Translations under genes and position numbers: made by a program
Shown: positions 9,513 through 20,841 of the stretch, piece after piece
Numbering within the stretch: position 1 is the first letter of the stretch
Layout: every line of letters begins with the position of its first letter
Source of the DNA: Ignavibacteriota bacterium
GTDB lineage: Bacteria > Bacteroidota > Ignavibacteria > UBA10030
Assembly: GCA_963727825.1 (NCBI GenBank)
Contig: CAVSHO010000007.1
Location: forward strand, 32,001 to 96,000
Reading direction: 5' to 3'
DNA: 64,000 nucleotides
Notes under the pieces: model-generated
Told to the model about the DNA's origin: nothing
The model's database searches: none
Seen by the model: the letters and a program-made list of their open reading frames with translations, nothing else

Positions 9513-10325
9513 GTGGCTCATTCGACAAATCGAACTCCGCAAATAATTGCACTTCTCACTGACTTCGGATTACAGGATCAGTATGTGGCATCGATGAAAG
9601 GAGTGATGTTATCTATTAATTCAGCGCTGAATATAATAGATATCACTCACGAAATTCAGCCGTATATAATTCGTCAGGCTGCGTATGTGCTTTGGTCGGT
9701 GTACAATTATTTTCCGAAGGGTACAATTTTTGTAAATGTAGTTGATCCTGGTGTCGGTAGTGGAAGACGTATTATCGTGATGAAAACAAAGAAATATACA
9801 TTTGTTGCTCCTGATAACGGATTATTGGATTTTGTTTTATATCAAGAAAAAGCTATAACAGCGGTTGAGGTGACACAATCATCTCTAAAAAATAACGCCA
9901 TAGGTGATGTATCATCAACATTCCATGGGCGTGATTTGATAGCGCCGCTTGCTGCTTATATTTCCAACAACGTACCAATAAAGAAATTCGGTATCCCTTA
10001 TTCGCTGCCTGAAATTCTTTCACCTTTTGTGAGTTCTCGGACGGATGTGGTATCGATGAGTATCCTACATATTGATAACTATGGAAATATCATTACAAAT
10101 CTTCGGTCTTTTGAAGTAGAAAAAAGCATGAAGCAAATACAAACCATATCAATAGGCAGTAATATGGTGAGCAAGTGGATTCGGTTTTATGATGAGGCAC
10201 CGGAAAATACTCCGTGTCTCATCGTAGGCAGCAATGGTTTGGTAGAGATATCTGCAAAAAAAAATAGTGCTGCACATCTCCTGAGAGCTACGCTGGATTC
10301 TAGATTGAGAGTTTATTGGCGATGA
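9513..10325 (+). CDS. SAM hydroxide adenosyltransferase (DUF62, chlorinase/fluorinase family)
   Basis: LLTDFG, VVDPGVGS, PDNG, STFHGRD, IDNYGNIITN. Confidence 0.92.
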   Translation: MAHSTNRTPQIIALLTDFGLQDQYVASMKGVMLSINSALNIIDITHEIQPYIIRQAAYVLWSVYNYFPKGTIFVNVVDPGVGSGRRIIVMKTKKYTFVAPDNGLLDFVLYQEKAITAVEVTQSSLKNNAIGDVSSTFHGRDLIAPLAAYISNNVPIKKFGIPYSLPEILSPFVSSRTDVVSMSILHIDNYGNIITNLRSFEVEKSMKQIQTISIGSNMVSKWIRFYDEAPENTPCLIVGSNGLVEISAKKNSAAHLLRATLDSRLRVYWR

Positions 10326-11422
10326 AGGCATTCAACGAAAATATAATCATGCAACGTTGTCTTGAACTTGCACAGAAGGGCGGAGGTACGGTCAGTCCCA
10401 ACCCGATGGTAGGATGTGTAATCGTGCGAAACAGCAAAATTGTGGGAGAAGGATTCCACAAAAAATTTGGCGGGCCGCATGCTGAAATTTACGCGCTAAA
10501 ACATGCTGGAAATAAAGCTAAAGGTGCAACCTTATATCTCAATTTAGAGCCATGTGCACATTTTGGCAAAACACCGCCTTGTACTTATGCAATCATTCAA
10601 TCTGGAATTTCTCAGGTGGTGATTGCATCGAAGGATCCCAATCCTCTGGTAAGCGGAAAGGGAATACAACGATTGCGCCACGCAGGCATTCAGGTGAAAG
10701 TTGGATTGCTTGAGGAAGAAGCTGAAGAGCTAAATGAAAAATTTTTCAAATATATGGAAACTGGTTTTCCTTTTGTCGGCATCAGGCTTGCACAAACGCT
10801 CGATGGAAAAATTGCCGATGCTGCAGGAAAATCAAAATGGATTACATCTGAAACTGCACGAAAAGAAGTGCATCGCCTGCGCAATGATTATGATGCGGTG
10901 TTGGTTGGAGCAAATACCGTTCTACAGGATAACCCGGAATTGACAGTCCGGCTTGTAAAGGGAAGGAATCCGGTGCGCGTTGTAATTGATGGACGTCTTT
11001 CACTTCCGACATCTCGCGCAATCTTCGATACGTCTGCTGCGCCAACATGGCTAATGACATCCGCAAAGGCTGTAAAAATAAATATGCGAAAAGTGCAAAA
11101 GCTTATTTCGCAAGGTGTGCGGGTGCTTCCGGTTTCGTCTGCATTCAGTATCAATGCAGAACCAATACTCCACATACTTGCAGCTGAAGGTGTCTCTTCT
11201 GTACTCATAGAAGGCGGTGCAAAGACTGTGGATCCGTTTATCAATCAATCGTTTGCTGATAAGCTTTTTCTGTTTGTCGCACCCAAAATTTTTGGGAGCG
11301 GCGTGGATGGTTTCTGTTTTGACTCTCCGAGACTCCTACGTAAACCAATTAACCTGACGATAACAAAAGTCTCGCCCGTTGGAGAAGATATACTTGTTGA
11401 AGCAAAGTTTATTCACAAATGA
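10322..11422 (+). CDS. ribD: Riboflavin biosynthesis deaminase/reductase RibD
   Basis: PNPMVG, HAE, LEPCAHFGKTPPC, IEGG. Confidence 0.97.
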   Translation: MKAFNENIIMQRCLELAQKGGGTVSPNPMVGCVIVRNSKIVGEGFHKKFGGPHAEIYALKHAGNKAKGATLYLNLEPCAHFGKTPPCTYAIIQSGISQVVIASKDPNPLVSGKGIQRLRHAGIQVKVGLLEEEAEELNEKFFKYMETGFPFVGIRLAQTLDGKIADAAGKSKWITSETARKEVHRLRNDYDAVLVGANTVLQDNPELTVRLVKGRNPVRVVIDGRLSLPTSRAIFDTSAAPTWLMTSAKAVKINMRKVQKLISQGVRVLPVSSAFSINAEPILHILAAEGVSSVLIEGGAKTVDPFINQSFADKLFLFVAPKIFGSGVDGFCFDSPRLLRKPINLTITKVSPVGEDILVEAKFIHK

Positions 11423-11435
11423 GAGAAGAAAAAAT

Positions 11436-12044
11436 ATGTTCACTGGATTAGTTGAAGAGACTGGAACCATCAAATCAATCAAACAAAAAGGTGGAAGTGT
11501 TATCTTCACTATTCAAGGTAAAAAAACTGTCAAAACTTTGCGCGTCGATCACAGCATTGCGGTGGAGGGTGTTTGTTTGACTGTTATTAAAAAAACATTG
11601 AATACATTTGATGTGCAAGCGGTGGAAGAGACCTTAAAGAAAACAACACTTGGAAATCTGGTGGCAGGTAGCCCCGTTAATCTGGAACGCCCATTGTTGC
11701 CTTCGGACCGGCTTGGCGGGCATTTTGTTCTTGGGCATGCGGATGGGCTTGGCAAAGTAATGGCATTGGAATACCGCGAAAGCAGTTGGATATTCTGGAT
11801 TCGAGTGCCGAAGAAATTTGTACATCATCTTGTACCTGTCGGTTCCATTGCCGTCAACGGCGTAAGTTTGACGATGGCAGAAGTGAAAAGTAATTCTTTC
11901 GCTGTTTCCATCATTCCCCATACTATGGAAGTGACAACATTCAAATTGCTTCAGCCTGGAGCAGCAGTCAATCTTGAATTTGATGTTCTTGGCAAGTATG
12001 TGAAACGCCTGTTTGAGGTAAAAGGGATTTCGATAAAGAAATGA
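11436..12044 (+). CDS. ribE: Riboflavin synthase alpha chain
   Basis: MFTGLVEE start, GVCLTV, GGHFVLGH. Confidence 0.96.
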   Translation: MFTGLVEETGTIKSIKQKGGSVIFTIQGKKTVKTLRVDHSIAVEGVCLTVIKKTLNTFDVQAVEETLKKTTLGNLVAGSPVNLERPLLPSDRLGGHFVLGHADGLGKVMALEYRESSWIFWIRVPKKFVHHLVPVGSIAVNGVSLTMAEVKSNSFAVSIIPHTMEVTTFKLLQPGAAVNLEFDVLGKYVKRLFEVKGISIKK

Positions 12045-12064
12045 TAGTAAACTAATTTTCGTTC

Positions 12065-12093
12065 TTGCATTTTGAGCCATTTTTCCCTATAAT
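12065..12093 (+). promoter_or_regulatory. Sigma70-type promoter for secG-tRNA-rplM
   Basis: TTGCAT-17bp-TATAAT. Confidence 0.6.
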
Positions 12094-12150
12094 AAAACTT
12101 GCAAACCCCCACAGTTGGTGGGGATTTTTTTAGCTTGAGGAACGACGTCA

Positions 12151-12483
12151 ATGTATACATTTGCAGACATTATAGAAATCATAATTGGAATTCTATTGAT
12201 GCTCGCTATTCTAATGCAGTCGAGCAAAGGTGGCGGATTGGCTGGAGGTTTCGGCGGTTCCAACATTGGTACTGTCTTTGGAGTCCGGCGCACTTCGGAT
12301 TTTCTCACTAATTTAACACAATGGCTGGCAGGCATTTTCATGGTTCTTGCTTTGGTTATCAACTTATGGTTATTGCCGCGCGGTGAGATGAAAAAAGAGA
12401 GTGTCATTCAATCTGGTCCTCCCCCAGCAGCGTTACCACCAACACAGCAAGCACCAGCAACACCAATCCCGGGTAGCAAGTAA
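12151..12483 (+). CDS. secG: Preprotein translocase subunit SecG
   Basis: 'LMQSSKGGGLAGGFGG' loop between two TMs. Confidence 0.93.
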   Translation: MYTFADIIEIIIGILLMLAILMQSSKGGGLAGGFGGSNIGTVFGVRRTSDFLTNLTQWLAGIFMVLALVINLWLLPRGEMKKESVIQSGPPPAALPPTQQAPATPIPGSK

Positions 12484-12489
12484 TTATTT

Positions 12490-12562
12490 GCACCCATGGC
12501 TCAATTGGTAGAGCAACTGACTCTTAATCAGTGGGTTGCAGGTTCGAGTCCTGCTGGGTGCA
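12490..12562 (+). tRNA. tRNA-Lys(CTT)
   Basis: GCACCCA...TGGGTGC acceptor stem; ACTGA-CTCTTAA-TCAGT anticodon arm; GGTTCGAGTCC T-arm. Confidence 0.95.
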
Positions 12563-12658
12563 CTGGAGTATCAGTGGATTCATTGTTGTGATATAGACAT
12601 AGAGACCTTCTGGTTATAAAATTATTATTGAATCAAGATTTAGAGTAGGAGAATTAGA

Positions 12659-13099
12659 TTGAACACGTCACCGAAAACACGGTTTTTTAAACCTGAAGAA
12701 ATAAATCAGAAATGGTTCCTTGTTGATGCAGATGGACAGACATTGGGGCGCATTGCATCACACGTTGCACATATTTTGCGTGGCAAGCATAAACCGGAAT
12801 TTACACCGAATCATGACTTGGGAGATTTTGTTGTGATTGTTAATATCGAAAAAGTGAAGCTGACCGGAAAACGGCCTGAGTTGAAAGAACTTTTTCACAA
12901 TACCGGTTACCCAGGCGGTGCACGTTTTGAATCTTTTAAAGAATTGATAAAAACGAATCCAGAAAAGGTGATGGAACATGCCGTAAAAGGAATGTTGCCG
13001 CATAACCGTTTAGGACGTCAGATGTTTAAGAAATTGAAAGTATATCGGGGAGCGCAACATCCCCATGCCGCACAACAACCAGAACCGATTTCTTTTTAA
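12659..13099 (+). CDS. rplM: 50S ribosomal protein L13
   Basis: WFLVDADGQTLGR, LRGKHKP, KGMLPHNRLGR. Confidence 0.98.
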   Translation: MNTSPKTRFFKPEEINQKWFLVDADGQTLGRIASHVAHILRGKHKPEFTPNHDLGDFVVIVNIEKVKLTGKRPELKELFHNTGYPGGARFESFKELIKTNPEKVMEHAVKGMLPHNRLGRQMFKKLKVYRGAQHPHAAQQPEPISF

Positions 13100-13118
13100 G
13101 TGAGGAATAAACGACTCC

Positions 13119-13505
13119 ATGCAACCAAGAACTTCAGTTGGCCGTAGAAAAAATGCCATTGCTCGAGTAAAACTGATCGATGGTTCCGGTAAAATAACGG
13201 TCAATAAACGAGAATTTGAGAATTATTTTCCGCTGGAGATTCAGCGGGATGAAATTATGAAACCGTTTAAGATCACCGATACAATGGGGCGGTATGATGT
13301 AATGATACGCGTCAACGGCGGTGGACCTGTTGGACAGGCCGGCGCGGTACGACTTGGTATTGCGCGTTCCTTAGTCGCACTTGATGAAGATGCCCGCACA
13401 GCGCTTCGCGGTGCCGGACTTCTTACGCGCGATCCACGTATGGTAGAACGGAAAAAATACGGGCAGAAGAAAGCTCGCAAGCGGTTCCAGTTCTCCAAAC
13501 GTTAA
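13119..13505 (+). CDS. rpsI: 30S ribosomal protein S9
   Basis: [10 protein letters not shown]...[19 protein letters not shown]. Confidence 0.98.
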   Translation: MQPRTSVGRRKNAIARVKLIDGSGKITVNKREFENYFPLEIQRDEIMKPFKITDTMGRYDVMIRVNGGGPVGQAGAVRLGIARSLVALDEDARTALRGAGLLTRDPRMVERKKYGQKKARKRFQFSKR

Positions 13506-13663
13506 TTTGTATTTTCAATCTGCAATAGTCGTTTGACTAAAGCAGAAGTTTAATCACAAATCATATTCTCTGATTCGACCGGCAGTGTCCCGATGAACAC
13601 GGTTTATCGGGATTCCGGAAGAAGACGACGAGAGTAGCAGTCTAACTGAAAGGATGTTCTATT

Positions 13664-14422
13664 ATGGCTCGTGTTGAACTTGATGCGTTGCTTCAATCAG
13701 GTGCCCATTTCGGACACTTGACCCGCCGTTGGAATCCCAAAATGAAGCCCTATATTTTCATGGAGCGCAATGGGATTCATATAATCGATTTAAAAAAAAC
13801 CCAGGAGATGCTCGAGGCGGCGTGCAACGCTGTATCGAACAGTATTGCGGAAGGAAAGAAGCCACTCTTCGTAGGTACGAAACAGCAGGCAAGCGATGTA
13901 ATAAAGCAGGAAGCACAGCGATGTCATGCGCATTACGTGACTGAACGCTGGCTGGGCGGTATGCTGACAAATTTTAGCACGATCCGAAAAAGTGTTAAAC
14001 GTCTTACAAATATTGAGAAAATGGAAACAGACGGCACATTCGAAAACATAACGAAGAAAGAACGGCTTTTCTTAACACGCGAACGCGACAAACTTCAATC
14101 AGTTCTGTCCGGCGTTGTCGAGATGTCGCGTCTGCCCGGTATTGTATTCGTTGTCGATATTAAAAAGGAAGCTATTGCGGTGAAGGAAGCAAAACGTCTA
14201 AGCATCCCGGTTGTTGCAATCGTGGATACAAATACCGACCCCGATCCGATTGATTATCCGATTCCGGCTAACGATGATGCGCTCAAGTCAGTGCAATTGA
14301 TTGCAAAAGCCATTGCCGATGCAGTGCTCGAAGGTTCTGAGCGCGCATCTGCAAAACAACAAGCGGAAGCAGAAGAGCGTGCAACAGCAGAAGCTGCAGA
14401 GAAAGCTTCAGAAAAAAAATAA
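13664..14422 (+). CDS. rpsB: 30S ribosomal protein S2
   Basis: GAHFGHLTRRWNPKM, RWLGGMLTN, IPANDD. Confidence 0.98.
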   Translation: MARVELDALLQSGAHFGHLTRRWNPKMKPYIFMERNGIHIIDLKKTQEMLEAACNAVSNSIAEGKKPLFVGTKQQASDVIKQEAQRCHAHYVTERWLGGMLTNFSTIRKSVKRLTNIEKMETDGTFENITKKERLFLTRERDKLQSVLSGVVEMSRLPGIVFVVDIKKEAIAVKEAKRLSIPVVAIVDTNTDPDPIDYPIPANDDALKSVQLIAKAIADAVLEGSERASAKQQAEAEERATAEAAEKASEKK

Positions 14423-14445
14423 TTTAGAGAAGGAAGTGAATTCGT

Positions 14446-15048
14446 ATGGCAGTAATTTCTAGTGAGGTAGTAAAAAAACTTCGGGATAAAACCGGTGCGG
14501 GCATGATGGATTGTAAAAATGCTCTTATGGCAACCAATGGCGACATGGAACAAGCTATCGACCATCTACGTAAAAAAGGCGCTGCGGTTGCGGCAAAACG
14601 AGCTGACCGTGAAACAAACCAAGGTGTTGTGGAAGCATATATTCATGCCGGCGGAAGAATCGGTGCGATGGTGGAACTGAACTGCGAGACAGATTTTGTC
14701 GCAAAGACACCCGGCTTCAAACAACTGGCGCATGACATTGCTATGCAGGTTGCCGCAATGACCCCAGAATATGTTTCGCGCGAACAAATTCCGCAAGCAG
14801 TCATCGAAAAAGAATTGGAAATCTATAAGGTGCAAGCACAGAATGAAGGCAAGCCCGCACAGATTGCGGAAAAGATATCGCAGGGACGACTTGAAAAATT
14901 CTATCAAGAGACAGTATTGATAGAACAAAGCTTCATCAAAGATTCAGGTAAAACCATTAAAGATATTATTGATGAAGAAACAGCGAGAGTTGGCGAAAAA
15001 ATAACTGTTCGCCGATTCCTTCGTTATCATCTTGGTGAATCTAATTAA
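14446..15048 (+). CDS. tsf: Elongation factor Ts (short form)
   Basis: LRDKTGAGMMDCK, ELNCETDFVA. Confidence 0.97.
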   Translation: MAVISSEVVKKLRDKTGAGMMDCKNALMATNGDMEQAIDHLRKKGAAVAAKRADRETNQGVVEAYIHAGGRIGAMVELNCETDFVAKTPGFKQLAHDIAMQVAAMTPEYVSREQIPQAVIEKELEIYKVQAQNEGKPAQIAEKISQGRLEKFYQETVLIEQSFIKDSGKTIKDIIDEETARVGEKITVRRFLRYHLGESN

Positions 15049-15056
15049 AAATCATA

Positions 15057-15085
15057 ATCCCGAAAACAATTCGGGATTTTTTTTA
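15057..15085 (+). terminator. Rho-independent terminator after tsf
   Basis: AATCCCGAA-AACAA-TTCGGGATT followed by T-run. Confidence 0.6.
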
Positions 15086-15096
15086 TAGGGGCGAGT

Positions 15097-15831
15097 ATGG
15101 CAAACCTCAAATACAAACGTATTCTGTTAAAACTCAGCGGCGAATCACTAATGGGTGATCGTGAGTACGGAATCGACCTAAACGTAGTGACTCGTTATGC
15201 TGAAGAGATCGCAGCGACCGAGAAGCTTGGCGTGCAAATTGGTATTGTCATTGGTGGTGGAAATATTTATCGAGGTATGGAAGGATCAGCCGATGGCATA
15301 GATAAAGTTACCGGCGACCAAATGGGAATGCTGGCGACTGTTATCAATGCACTTGCTTTGCAAAATGCACTTGAGCACAAAGGATTGAAGACGCGCTGCT
15401 TGAGTGCCATCAATATGGATCGAATTGCCGAGCCGTTTATTCGGCGGCGAGCAATCAGGCATTTGGAAAAAGGCCGTGTAGTTATATTTGCGGCAGGCAC
15501 TGGAAATCCGTACTTCACAACTGATACTGCCGCGGTACTGCGTGCAATCGAAATAGAAGCGAATGTGATTATCAAGGGAACACGCGTGGATGGAGTGTAT
15601 GATAGCGACCCTGAAAAGAATTCTGCGGCAATCCATCTCCCCGAAATATCCTACGCAGACGTCTTGAAAAAAGATCTACGTATTATGGACCTTACGGCAA
15701 TCACACTCTCAAAAGAGAATAAACTGCCTCTAGTAGTATTTAATATGAATATTCGCGGGAATCTGAAGCGTGTGGTCTGTGGAGAAGCAGTCGGTTCAAA
15801 AGTAGTTGAAATCTCGGCACAAAAGTCGTAA
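15097..15831 (+). CDS. pyrH: UMP kinase
   Basis: [23 protein letters not shown]. Confidence 0.98.
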   Translation: MANLKYKRILLKLSGESLMGDREYGIDLNVVTRYAEEIAATEKLGVQIGIVIGGGNIYRGMEGSADGIDKVTGDQMGMLATVINALALQNALEHKGLKTRCLSAINMDRIAEPFIRRRAIRHLEKGRVVIFAAGTGNPYFTTDTAAVLRAIEIEANVIIKGTRVDGVYDSDPEKNSAAIHLPEISYADVLKKDLRIMDLTAITLSKENKLPLVVFNMNIRGNLKRVVCGEAVGSKVVEISAQKS

Positions 15832-15867
15832 CATCACTCATCCAATTCACTAATTGATGGAACGCCT

Positions 15868-16431
15868 ATGACAAACTCAAAAGATATTCTGAAGCAAGCA
15901 GAAGACAGAATGAAGAAAGCCGTGGAAGTTGTGCGGGAGGAACTCATTAAAATTCGCACGGGCAAAGCCACAACGGCACTATTAGATGGAATAAAAATCG
16001 ATTACTACGGTACCATGACTCCGTTGAATAAAGTAGCAAATGTCAGCACACCGGATGTGCATACAGTTGCCGTTCAGCCATGGGAAAAAAATATTATCCC
16101 AGTCATTGAGAAGGCAATTCTGGTAGCCAATCTTGGTTTAAATCCGGTTTCGGATGGAACAATTGTTCGTGTTCCAATCCCTGCGCTTAATGAAGAGCGT
16201 CGACGTGATCTTGTGAAGTTAGTAAAAAAGTTCGGAGAGGATGGAAAAATTGCTATACGTAATGTCCGTCGTGATGCCATCGAACATCTCAAGAAGGCGG
16301 AAAAAGGTGAGCACATGTCCGAAGATGAGCGAAAACGTGGCGAACAAGATGCACAAAAGCTTACAGATAAATATATTAAGGATATCGACAATCATCTTGC
16401 TATGAAGGAAAAGGAAATTATGGAAGTGTGA
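15868..16431 (+). CDS. frr: Ribosome recycling factor
   Basis: IRTGKA, DYYG, IRNVRRDA, KEKEIMEV. Confidence 0.98.
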   Translation: MTNSKDILKQAEDRMKKAVEVVREELIKIRTGKATTALLDGIKIDYYGTMTPLNKVANVSTPDVHTVAVQPWEKNIIPVIEKAILVANLGLNPVSDGTIVRVPIPALNEERRRDLVKLVKKFGEDGKIAIRNVRRDAIEHLKKAEKGEHMSEDERKRGEQDAQKLTDKYIKDIDNHLAMKEKEIMEV

Positions 16432-16464
16432 TATAGATAGAACATAGGATGTGCAGTAAATTGA

Positions 16465-16502
16465 TATCCCGGTTTTGAAATTACGAAATCGGGATTTTTT
16501 TA
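16465..16502 (+). terminator. Terminator after frr
   Basis: ATCCCGGTTT...AAATCGGGAT followed by T-run. Confidence 0.55.
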
Positions 16503-16575
16503 TAAGTTGAAAATGTAACCTTCACAATGGAAATCCGTATTGAAAGTAGAACTGACGAAACAAACAGGAGCCGCC

Positions 16576-17286
16576 ATGACAAACCAACAACGCCGCCTCT
16601 ATCGAAATCAATCCAATAAAGTATTTGCCGGAGTATGCAGCGGCCTCGGCGAGTATTTGAATGTGGACACAATAGTTATCCGCCTCATTTGGGTTCTCTT
16701 AACGCTTCTTGGTGGTGCAGGAATTATTGCATATATCATCGCATATTTTATTATTCCGGAGAGACCAATTGAATCTGGCCAAACAACTCCGCAACAATCT
16801 CACGATTTTACAGCAGTGCGCATTTTTGGATTTTTCTTCGTTGGTGCAGGTATCGCTATCCTGCTTGACAATCTTGATATTTTATCATTTCATCGATGGT
16901 GGAACATATCGTGGGAGTTTGTATTCCCCGGACTTCTTATCCTTGCCGGAATTTACTTCCTTACAAAACATGACAAAATTTCAATACATCAGCCGGCACA
17001 AGAGCCGTCAATTAAAGGGGAACAGTCCGCTCAAGATCAGGCTCCACACCCGGTTTCTTCATCGGATGAACAGCCAAAATCAAAAGTACTTCGCCGTTCG
17101 CTGAGCGATAAAAAACTTTTTGGAATTTGTGGAGGGGCAGGAGAATTTTTTAATGTGGACCCGACAATCATCCGTATTGCGTATGCGATCTTTACGGTTC
17201 TTTCCGGTGGCGCAGGAATTTTGATTTACTTATTAATGTATTTGATAATTCCTGAAGGTCAACCGCAAATGAAAACACAACAGTGA
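16576..17286 (+). CDS. Double PspC-domain membrane protein
   Basis: Two 'L.R....K...GVC.G..E..NVD.TI.R' PspC repeats flanking a LiaF/DUF5668-like TM segment. Confidence 0.88.
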   Translation: MTNQQRRLYRNQSNKVFAGVCSGLGEYLNVDTIVIRLIWVLLTLLGGAGIIAYIIAYFIIPERPIESGQTTPQQSHDFTAVRIFGFFFVGAGIAILLDNLDILSFHRWWNISWEFVFPGLLILAGIYFLTKHDKISIHQPAQEPSIKGEQSAQDQAPHPVSSSDEQPKSKVLRRSLSDKKLFGICGGAGEFFNVDPTIIRIAYAIFTVLSGGAGILIYLLMYLIIPEGQPQMKTQQ

Positions 17287-17293
17287 GGAAATT

Positions 17294-17805
17294 ATGGAAA
17301 CGACTGTACGAAAACGACCCAGTGGATTCCCAATATTTGGCATTTTTCTGATTTTGCTTGGTGCGGGGCTCATCCTAAGTAAACTTAATCTATTCCATTA
17401 TAAATGGGGAATTATTCTTTGGGTATGCCTTGGCGTTGCAGGATTAGCAGCGACAGTCCAAGCATTTATTACACGAAGACGCGGGGTGGTTTTCTGGGGA
17501 AGCTTTCTATTTTTCTCAAGTATAGCAATACTTGTCCACAGGTTTGAGTTTTAAATTTTGCTCCGTGGGACGTTCCGGCAACTTTTTCTCTTGCGCTTGG
17601 TCTTTCATTCCTAATGTTGTTTTTCTACGAGCCGCGCCATTTTGGTGTTCTCGTACCAATGCTCTTCTTCGGTGGGTACGGCGTTCTATACTATTTATGG
17701 TGGTGGGATGTGATTGATTGGTTTGAGATGAAATACTACGTGCAAACCTACTGGCCAGTATTTATTATTCTCTGGGGAATTTCGCTTATATTCCGTCGCA
17801 GATAA
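17294..17805 (+). CDS. LiaF/DUF5668-like membrane protein (frameshift near 17552)
   Basis: Hydrophobic ORFs 17294..17554 and 17614..17805 (ending 'YWPVFIILWG') join into one multi-TM protein. Confidence 0.6.
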
Positions 17806-17813
17806 TAGTAGAA

Positions 17814-20614
17814 TTAATGCGCTTCTAACCAGTTCTTACCAATACCGAGATCAACTTCAACGGGAACAGACAGCGGGAGCGCTTGACGCATTTCTTTTTC
17901 TACTAGTTTTTTCATCTCCGCTTCTTCGGCTATTCTCATTTCAAAAACCAATTCATCATGAACTTGTAGAAGCATGGAACTATCTAGCTTCCGCTTAATT
18001 ATTTCTGCGTCAATATGAACCATTGCAAGTTTAATCATATCCGCTGCAGTTCCTTGAATCGGCATATTGATGGCTTGCCGTTCGGCATTCTGGCGGAAAT
18101 TTTGGTTGTTGCTGCGTATATCTGCAATGTACCGTCGACGGCCGAGGAGGGTGCTGACATATCCTTCTTTTCGCGCACTGGCAATCGTATCGCTGATATA
18201 TTGCTGAACTTTGGGGAAGCGTGCAAAGTAGCGCGCAATAATTTCTTTGGCTTCACTCTGATTAATTTCTAACCTGCTGGCAAGTCCATAAGCACCGATA
18301 CCGTACATGATGCCAAAATTCACTTCTTTTGCTTTCCGTCTCATCTCTCGTGTAACATTTTCTGAAGCGACACCGAATACTTTTGCTGCCGTCGTTACGT
18401 GAATGTCTTCTTTATTCCGAAATGCTTCAGTCATTCCTTCGTCACCGGAAATGTGTGCCATTACACGTAATTCGATTTGTGAATAGTCGGCAGAAAGAAT
18501 AAGCGATTCAGGATTACCAGCAATGAAAGCTTTCCTGATCGATCTGCCAATCTCCGTTCGGATGGGAATGTTCTGAATATTTGGATCGCTGCTGGATAAT
18601 CTTCCAGTTGTTGTGACAGTTTGATTGAACGATGTATGCACTCGCCCTGTACGAGCGTTGATCTAATTTCGGAAGAGCATCAATGTATGTTGATTTCAAT
18701 TTTGTCGATTGCCGGAATTCGAGCAGCATTTCAATAATAGGATGAGCGCCTTTTAACGCCTCAAGCACTGCCAACGTCGGTGGAAAAGCCAGATTTGGTT
18801 TTACGTACCGGAGTTAGTTTGAGTTTGTTAAAAAGTATTTCTGCAAGCTGTTGTGTAGAATTTATATTAAAAGAAATACCGGCGGTTAAATAAATTTCAC
18901 GTGTAAGATTTTCGAGCTGGTGCTCAAGTTCCTTCGACATACGGGCAAGAAAATCAACATCAATAGCAACTCCGATACGCTCCATTCTAGCAAGGGCAGA
19001 AACAAGCGGAAATTCCATTCCTTCGCAAAGTTCTATCATCCCGAGTTCGTTCAGTTTCTTTTGAAAATATTCATATAACCGAAATGTGATATCAGAATCT
19101 TCGCATGAATAATCAGAAAGACGCAGTAGGGAAATTTCGCGAATATGTTTCTGCTCTTTTCCAGTCCCGACTAAATCTGAAAAGGAGACGGTCTTATATG
19201 AAAGATATTCTGCGGCGATATCATCCATATTATGCTGACCATCAGCACGAACGATGTAGCTGGCGATCATCGGATCGAACAAAGTACCTTCGACATTGAT
19301 CCCGTATTGCGACAGGACCAGCATATCGTACTTAATGTTGTAGCCAATTTTTTTAATGCCGGGATTTCCGAGAATCGGCCTGAGTTTTTTACAGACCAAA
19401 TCTAAGGGTAGACCAATAGAAGTATTTGAGTGCTCTGAATTATCGCCAAATAGTCCGCCTTGACCTTGTTGTTTTTTTCCGGAAACTGCAACATAGAATG
19501 CTTCATGCGGTTTGAGTGCGAACGAAATTCCAACAAGTTCAGCATTCAGCGAATCAGTTGAAGTCGTTTCGGTATCGAAAACAAATTCTTCCGCAGATTT
19601 TAGCTTAACGCAGAGTGCCGTAAACTCGCGTTCGGTTGTGATGAGTTGGTATATATGTTTATCCGTTGTAATATTGGAAAGTGGTTCAGGCGGCGCAAAT
19701 TCAATATCAGTATCGATGCGAACTGGCGTATCCAGCGTTTCCATTTGAAGCTTGCTGAGGAGCGATCGGAATTCAAGCGCTCTAAATAATTCCATTAACT
19801 TAGCATTGTTTTTTTTCTCCGCTTTCAACGAATGGAAGTTAATAGGAAGCGGCACGTTGATATCAATAGTGACGAGTCGCTTAGAAAGAAACGCCAGCTC
19901 TTTGTTTGCTTCCAATTTAGCGCGAACGCCTTTCTGTGGAATATTATCAAGATGGCGATAGATTTCTTCAATACTGCCGTATTTCTGGATGAGCGGAATC
20001 GCAGTCTTTTCACCAATTCCTGGCACTCCCGGTACGTTATCGGATGCATCGCCGGTGAGCCCGAGCACTTCAATAACTTTATCCGGTGTAACGCCGAACT
20101 TTTGTTTCACTCCTTCGCGATCCACAATTTCAATATCTGCACTTTGCTTACCGGGCTTGAAGATTTTTATAGTATCGGATACAAGTTGCATGAAATCTTT
20201 ATCGGGTGAGACAAGAAAAGTGAGGGCACCCTCACGTTCAGCTTGTTTTGCTAATGTGCCGATTACATCGTCTGCTTCATAACCATCCATTTCTATAGCA
20301 GGAATATTATATGCGCGCACAACTTCTTTGATGATAGGAATTTGAGTGATCATATCGTCCGGCATTTTTTGCCTTGTAGCTTTATACTCTTTGTATTCTT
20401 TGTGCCGGAAATTTGGTTTGCCGGTGTCGAACACAACTGCAATATGATCAGGAAATTCCTGCGAGAGAATGCGATTCAGAAATGTGACAAATCCATACAC
20501 GGCACTTGTGTTTTCGCCCTTCGAGTTCATCAGCGGCTGACGAATAAATGCAAAATATGAGCGATACGCCAATGCCATTGCATCAATTAGATAGACTCGT
20601 TCAATTTTCGGCAT
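17814..20614 (-). CDS. polA: DNA polymerase I (two frameshifts near 18772 and 18662)
   Basis: 5'-3' exonuclease (EADD, DKD, GDASDNVPGV), 3'-5' exonuclease (FDTET), polymerase motifs TGRLSS, DYSQIELR, QVHDEL spread over three frames. Confidence 0.97.
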
Positions 20615-20794
20615 AGTTTGATTTGTTTCTTCGATTTACACTATTTCTGTTATCGCGAAGAAAATATACGGAAAGCTGGTTTCAAAACAAAAGAAACTTA
20701 ATCGTTACAATGTTGCTGTATTTATTCATGCTTCATTTCATTATCGGAACAATCTTGTATGATATTTCGTCTTTCTATTAAGAAAGTTGTAACC

Positions 20795-20823
20795 TTGACA
20801 ATCACTTCAGTTTTGAGTACAAT
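20795..20823 (+). promoter_or_regulatory. Sigma70-type promoter
   Basis: TTGACA-17bp-TACAAT. Confidence 0.6.
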
Positions 20824-20841
20824 TGTTTCAGAAAATAAGGT

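Noticed and set aside
9513-10325. Halogenase (fluorinase/chlorinase) pathway
   Set aside because: DUF62 members in housekeeping context are usually SAM hydrolases; no secondary-metabolite genes nearby.
13560-13660. TCCCGAT...ATCGGGA hairpin upstream of rpsB as a copy of the mobile hairpin
   Set aside because: Lacks the TC/AGATC/GA frame and could equally be the S2 autoregulatory leader; cannot be decided from sequence.
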